From an uncultured Pseudomonadota bacterium (GTDB taxonomy: Bacteria; Pseudomonadota; Gammaproteobacteria; Steroidobacterales; Steroidobacteraceae), in contig CAVSAR010000011.1 of NCBI GenBank assembly GCA_963726085.1, positions 74,298 through 138,297 on the forward strand: a stretch of 64,000 nt of DNA, given 5' to 3'. A program made the position numbers and the translations under genes. The stretch's first letter is position 1. The number at the start of each line of letters is the position of its first letter. Below are positions 62,596-64,000 of this stretch, one piece after another. The notes beneath the pieces were generated by a model. The model made no database searches. It saw nothing but the letters and a program-made list of their open reading frames with translations, and was not told the DNA's origin.

Positions 62596-63722
62596 CGGTA
62601 GGCATCCCCCAGGATCTCATTCACTGCGTCGACCACCCGGTCGACGTCTTCCATGCGCATGGCAGGAAACAGGGGCAAGGTGATCGTCTCGCGACCCACA
62701 CGCTCGGCATTGGGGAACTGCCCCTCACGCCAGCCCAGGTCGCGGTAGGCACTCAGCAGGTGGATTGCCGGGTAGTGAATGCCCACGGCAATGCCCTTCG
62801 CGTCCATGCGCTTGATGAATTCGGCACGCGAGATCGTCAGCTGGTCCAGCGGCAGCAGCGGCGCAAACATGTGCCAGCTATGGCCGGAGTCGCCGCGCGC
62901 CGGCAGCTGCAGCGGGCAGCGGTCGCGCCACAGCTGGAAGTAGCGCGCCACCAGCGCATGGCGGCGCTCGTTGAACGCTTCAAGATGCGGCAATTGCCCC
63001 AGCCCGATCTGGGCGGCGATATCCGAGAGGTTGGCCTTCATGCCGGGGAATAAAACATCGACTTCCCCGGAAGCCGTTTTCTGCACACCACAGAACCGGT
63101 ACTGCTCCGTAAATCGAACCTCGTCCTCACGGTCGAGAACCAGCGCACCACCCTCACCGGTAGTGATGTTCTTGTTGGGATGGAAACTGAAGCACACGAG
63201 GTCCCCGAAGCTGCCGATACGCCGGCCCTGCCACGAGGTGCCGATGGCATGTGCCGCATCTTCTATGACCCGCAGTTTGCGGTCCCGCGCCAGCGCGTAC
63301 AGCGCATCCATGTCCACCGGGTGCCCAGCGAAATGCACCGGCAGCAGCGCTCGTGTGGCCGGGCCGACCCGGTCGCCGGCCTGATCCAATGCCATGTTGC
63401 GCGTATTAATGTCGATATCCACGAATACCGGCTTGCCACCTAGGCGCAGGACAACATTGGAAGTCGCGCACCAGCTCATCGGCGTGGTAATTACCTCGTC
63501 CCCTGGACCCACGCGAGCAATGGCCAGTGCTATTTCCAATGCCGCGGTGGCGGAGGTCATGCTCCGGACCGTGCGTCCGCCCAAATACGCGGACAGCGCC
63601 GCCTCGAATTGCGCCACTTTCGGCCCGCTGGCCAGCCAACCCGATTTCAATACCTCGACAACCCCGTCGATGGTTGCCTGGTCGATAGTTGGCCGCGTGA
63701 ATGGCAGTCGCTCCAGGCTCAT
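62592..63722 (-). CDS. arnB: UDP-4-amino-4-deoxy-L-arabinose--oxoglutarate aminotransferase ArnB.
   Basis: DegT/DnrJ/EryC1 fold. The PLP Lys is in SFHPNKNITTGEGG. Confidence 0.85.
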   Translation of the reverse strand: MSLERLPFTRPTIDQATIDGVVEVLKSGWLASGPKVAQFEAALSAYLGGRTVRSMTSATAALEIALAIARVGPGDEVITTPMSWCATSNVVLRLGGKPVFVDIDINTRNMALDQAGDRVGPATRALLPVHFAGHPVDMDALYALARDRKLRVIEDAAHAIGTSWQGRRIGSFGDLVCFSFHPNKNITTGEGGALVLDREDEVRFTEQYRFCGVQKTASGEVDVLFPGMKANLSDIAAQIGLGQLPHLEAFNERRHALVARYFQLWRDRCPLQLPARGDSGHSWHMFAPLLPLDQLTISRAEFIKRMDAKGIAVGIHYPAIHLLSAYRDLGWREGQFPNAERVGRETITLPLFPAMRMEDVDRVVDAVNEILGDAYR

Positions 63723-63732
63723 CCAGCAGTCC

Positions 63733-64000
63733 TCATGACCTTACCACCAGCCAAACACCAACCATGATCACTCCGATTCCCACCCATCGCGTCGGGGAAA
63801 TTATCTCACCAAGCATGATCCAAGCAGCCAGCGCCGTGACGATGTATCCCAGGGAAAGCACGGGGTAGGCCTGGCTGACCGGCACGCGGCTCAAGCCGAT
63901 TGTCCATACCAGCACTGAAACTCCGTAGGCACACAGCGCCAGCCAGAATGGCGTATTGGCGGCCAGTTCCATGCCCGATCGCCACAGCCCGGCGCCGTCA
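63733..64000 (-). CDS. ArnE/ArnF-like 4-amino-4-deoxy-L-arabinose-phosphoundecaprenol flippase subunit (SMR/EamA-like), 5' partial at window edge.
   Basis: ...LSRVPVSQAYPVLSLGYIVTALAAWIMLGEIISPTRWVGIGVIMVGVWLV aligns to the C-terminal half of E. coli ArnE. There is no in-frame stop between 63973 and 64000, so the gene continues past the window. Confidence 0.5.
   Translation of the reverse strand, partial: DGAGLWRSGMELAANTPFWLALCAYGVSVLVWTIGLSRVPVSQAYPVLSLGYIVTALAAWIMLGEIISPTRWVGIGVIMVGVWLVVRS

Overview
This 64 kb window is high-GC (about 67% by eye), gene-dense chromosomal DNA that looks like a Xanthomonadales-type gammaproteobacterium. That taxonomic guess is an inference from gene content and codon style only. 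I found no rRNA, tRNA, CRISPR array, transposase or integrase. Coding density is high. Most of the short overlapping or antisense ORFs in the six-frame track are high-GC artefacts.

The most unusual region is the first 7.6 kb. It holds a co-directional array of four paralogous genes, each encoding an N-terminal TIR domain (FLSYSR[ED]DQ...VWWD...VVLWS...SRWVRAE). Two of the three fully visible copies (2096..4114, 5567..7618) follow the TIR domain with a single transmembrane helix, a CadC/TolB-N-like 'AVLPFxNMSxDxEQEYFSDG' sensor module and TPR-like repeats. The third (286..2076) has the same sensor module but no transmembrane helix. A secreted M20 peptidase gene sits inside the array. I interpret this as a previously undescribed family of ToxR/CadC-architecture one-component membrane receptors in which a TIR (putative NADase) domain replaces the usual DNA-binding or cyclase output.

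The rest of the window, in order:
- An O-methyltransferase, an MFS transporter, an ECF sigma/anti-sigma pair, and an OPT oligopeptide transporter.
- A MarR-controlled RND efflux pair (adaptor plus permease).
- A cobalamin riboswitch in front of a BtuB-like TonB-dependent receptor, then HupE/UreJ, a dihaem cytochrome c and a SurA-like protein.
- Three consecutive SPFH/band-7 proteins, a P1B-type ATPase, cbtBA cobalt transporter genes, a catalytically degenerate histidine-phosphatase homologue and an FtsH paralogue.
- An SOS-response peptidase, a secreted retropepsin-like aspartic protease, YceI, an amine oxidase and a beta-carbonic anhydrase.
- A second, inverted RND permease paralogue and an RRM RNA-binding protein.
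- A CusCBA/CzcCBA-type heavy-metal efflux operon.
- An arnBCA(formyltransferase)D L-Ara4N lipid A modification operon that runs off the window end.

At least nine single-base frameshifts interrupt otherwise intact genes. Each lies in a homopolymer or GC run, so I suspect assembly indel errors rather than true pseudogenes.
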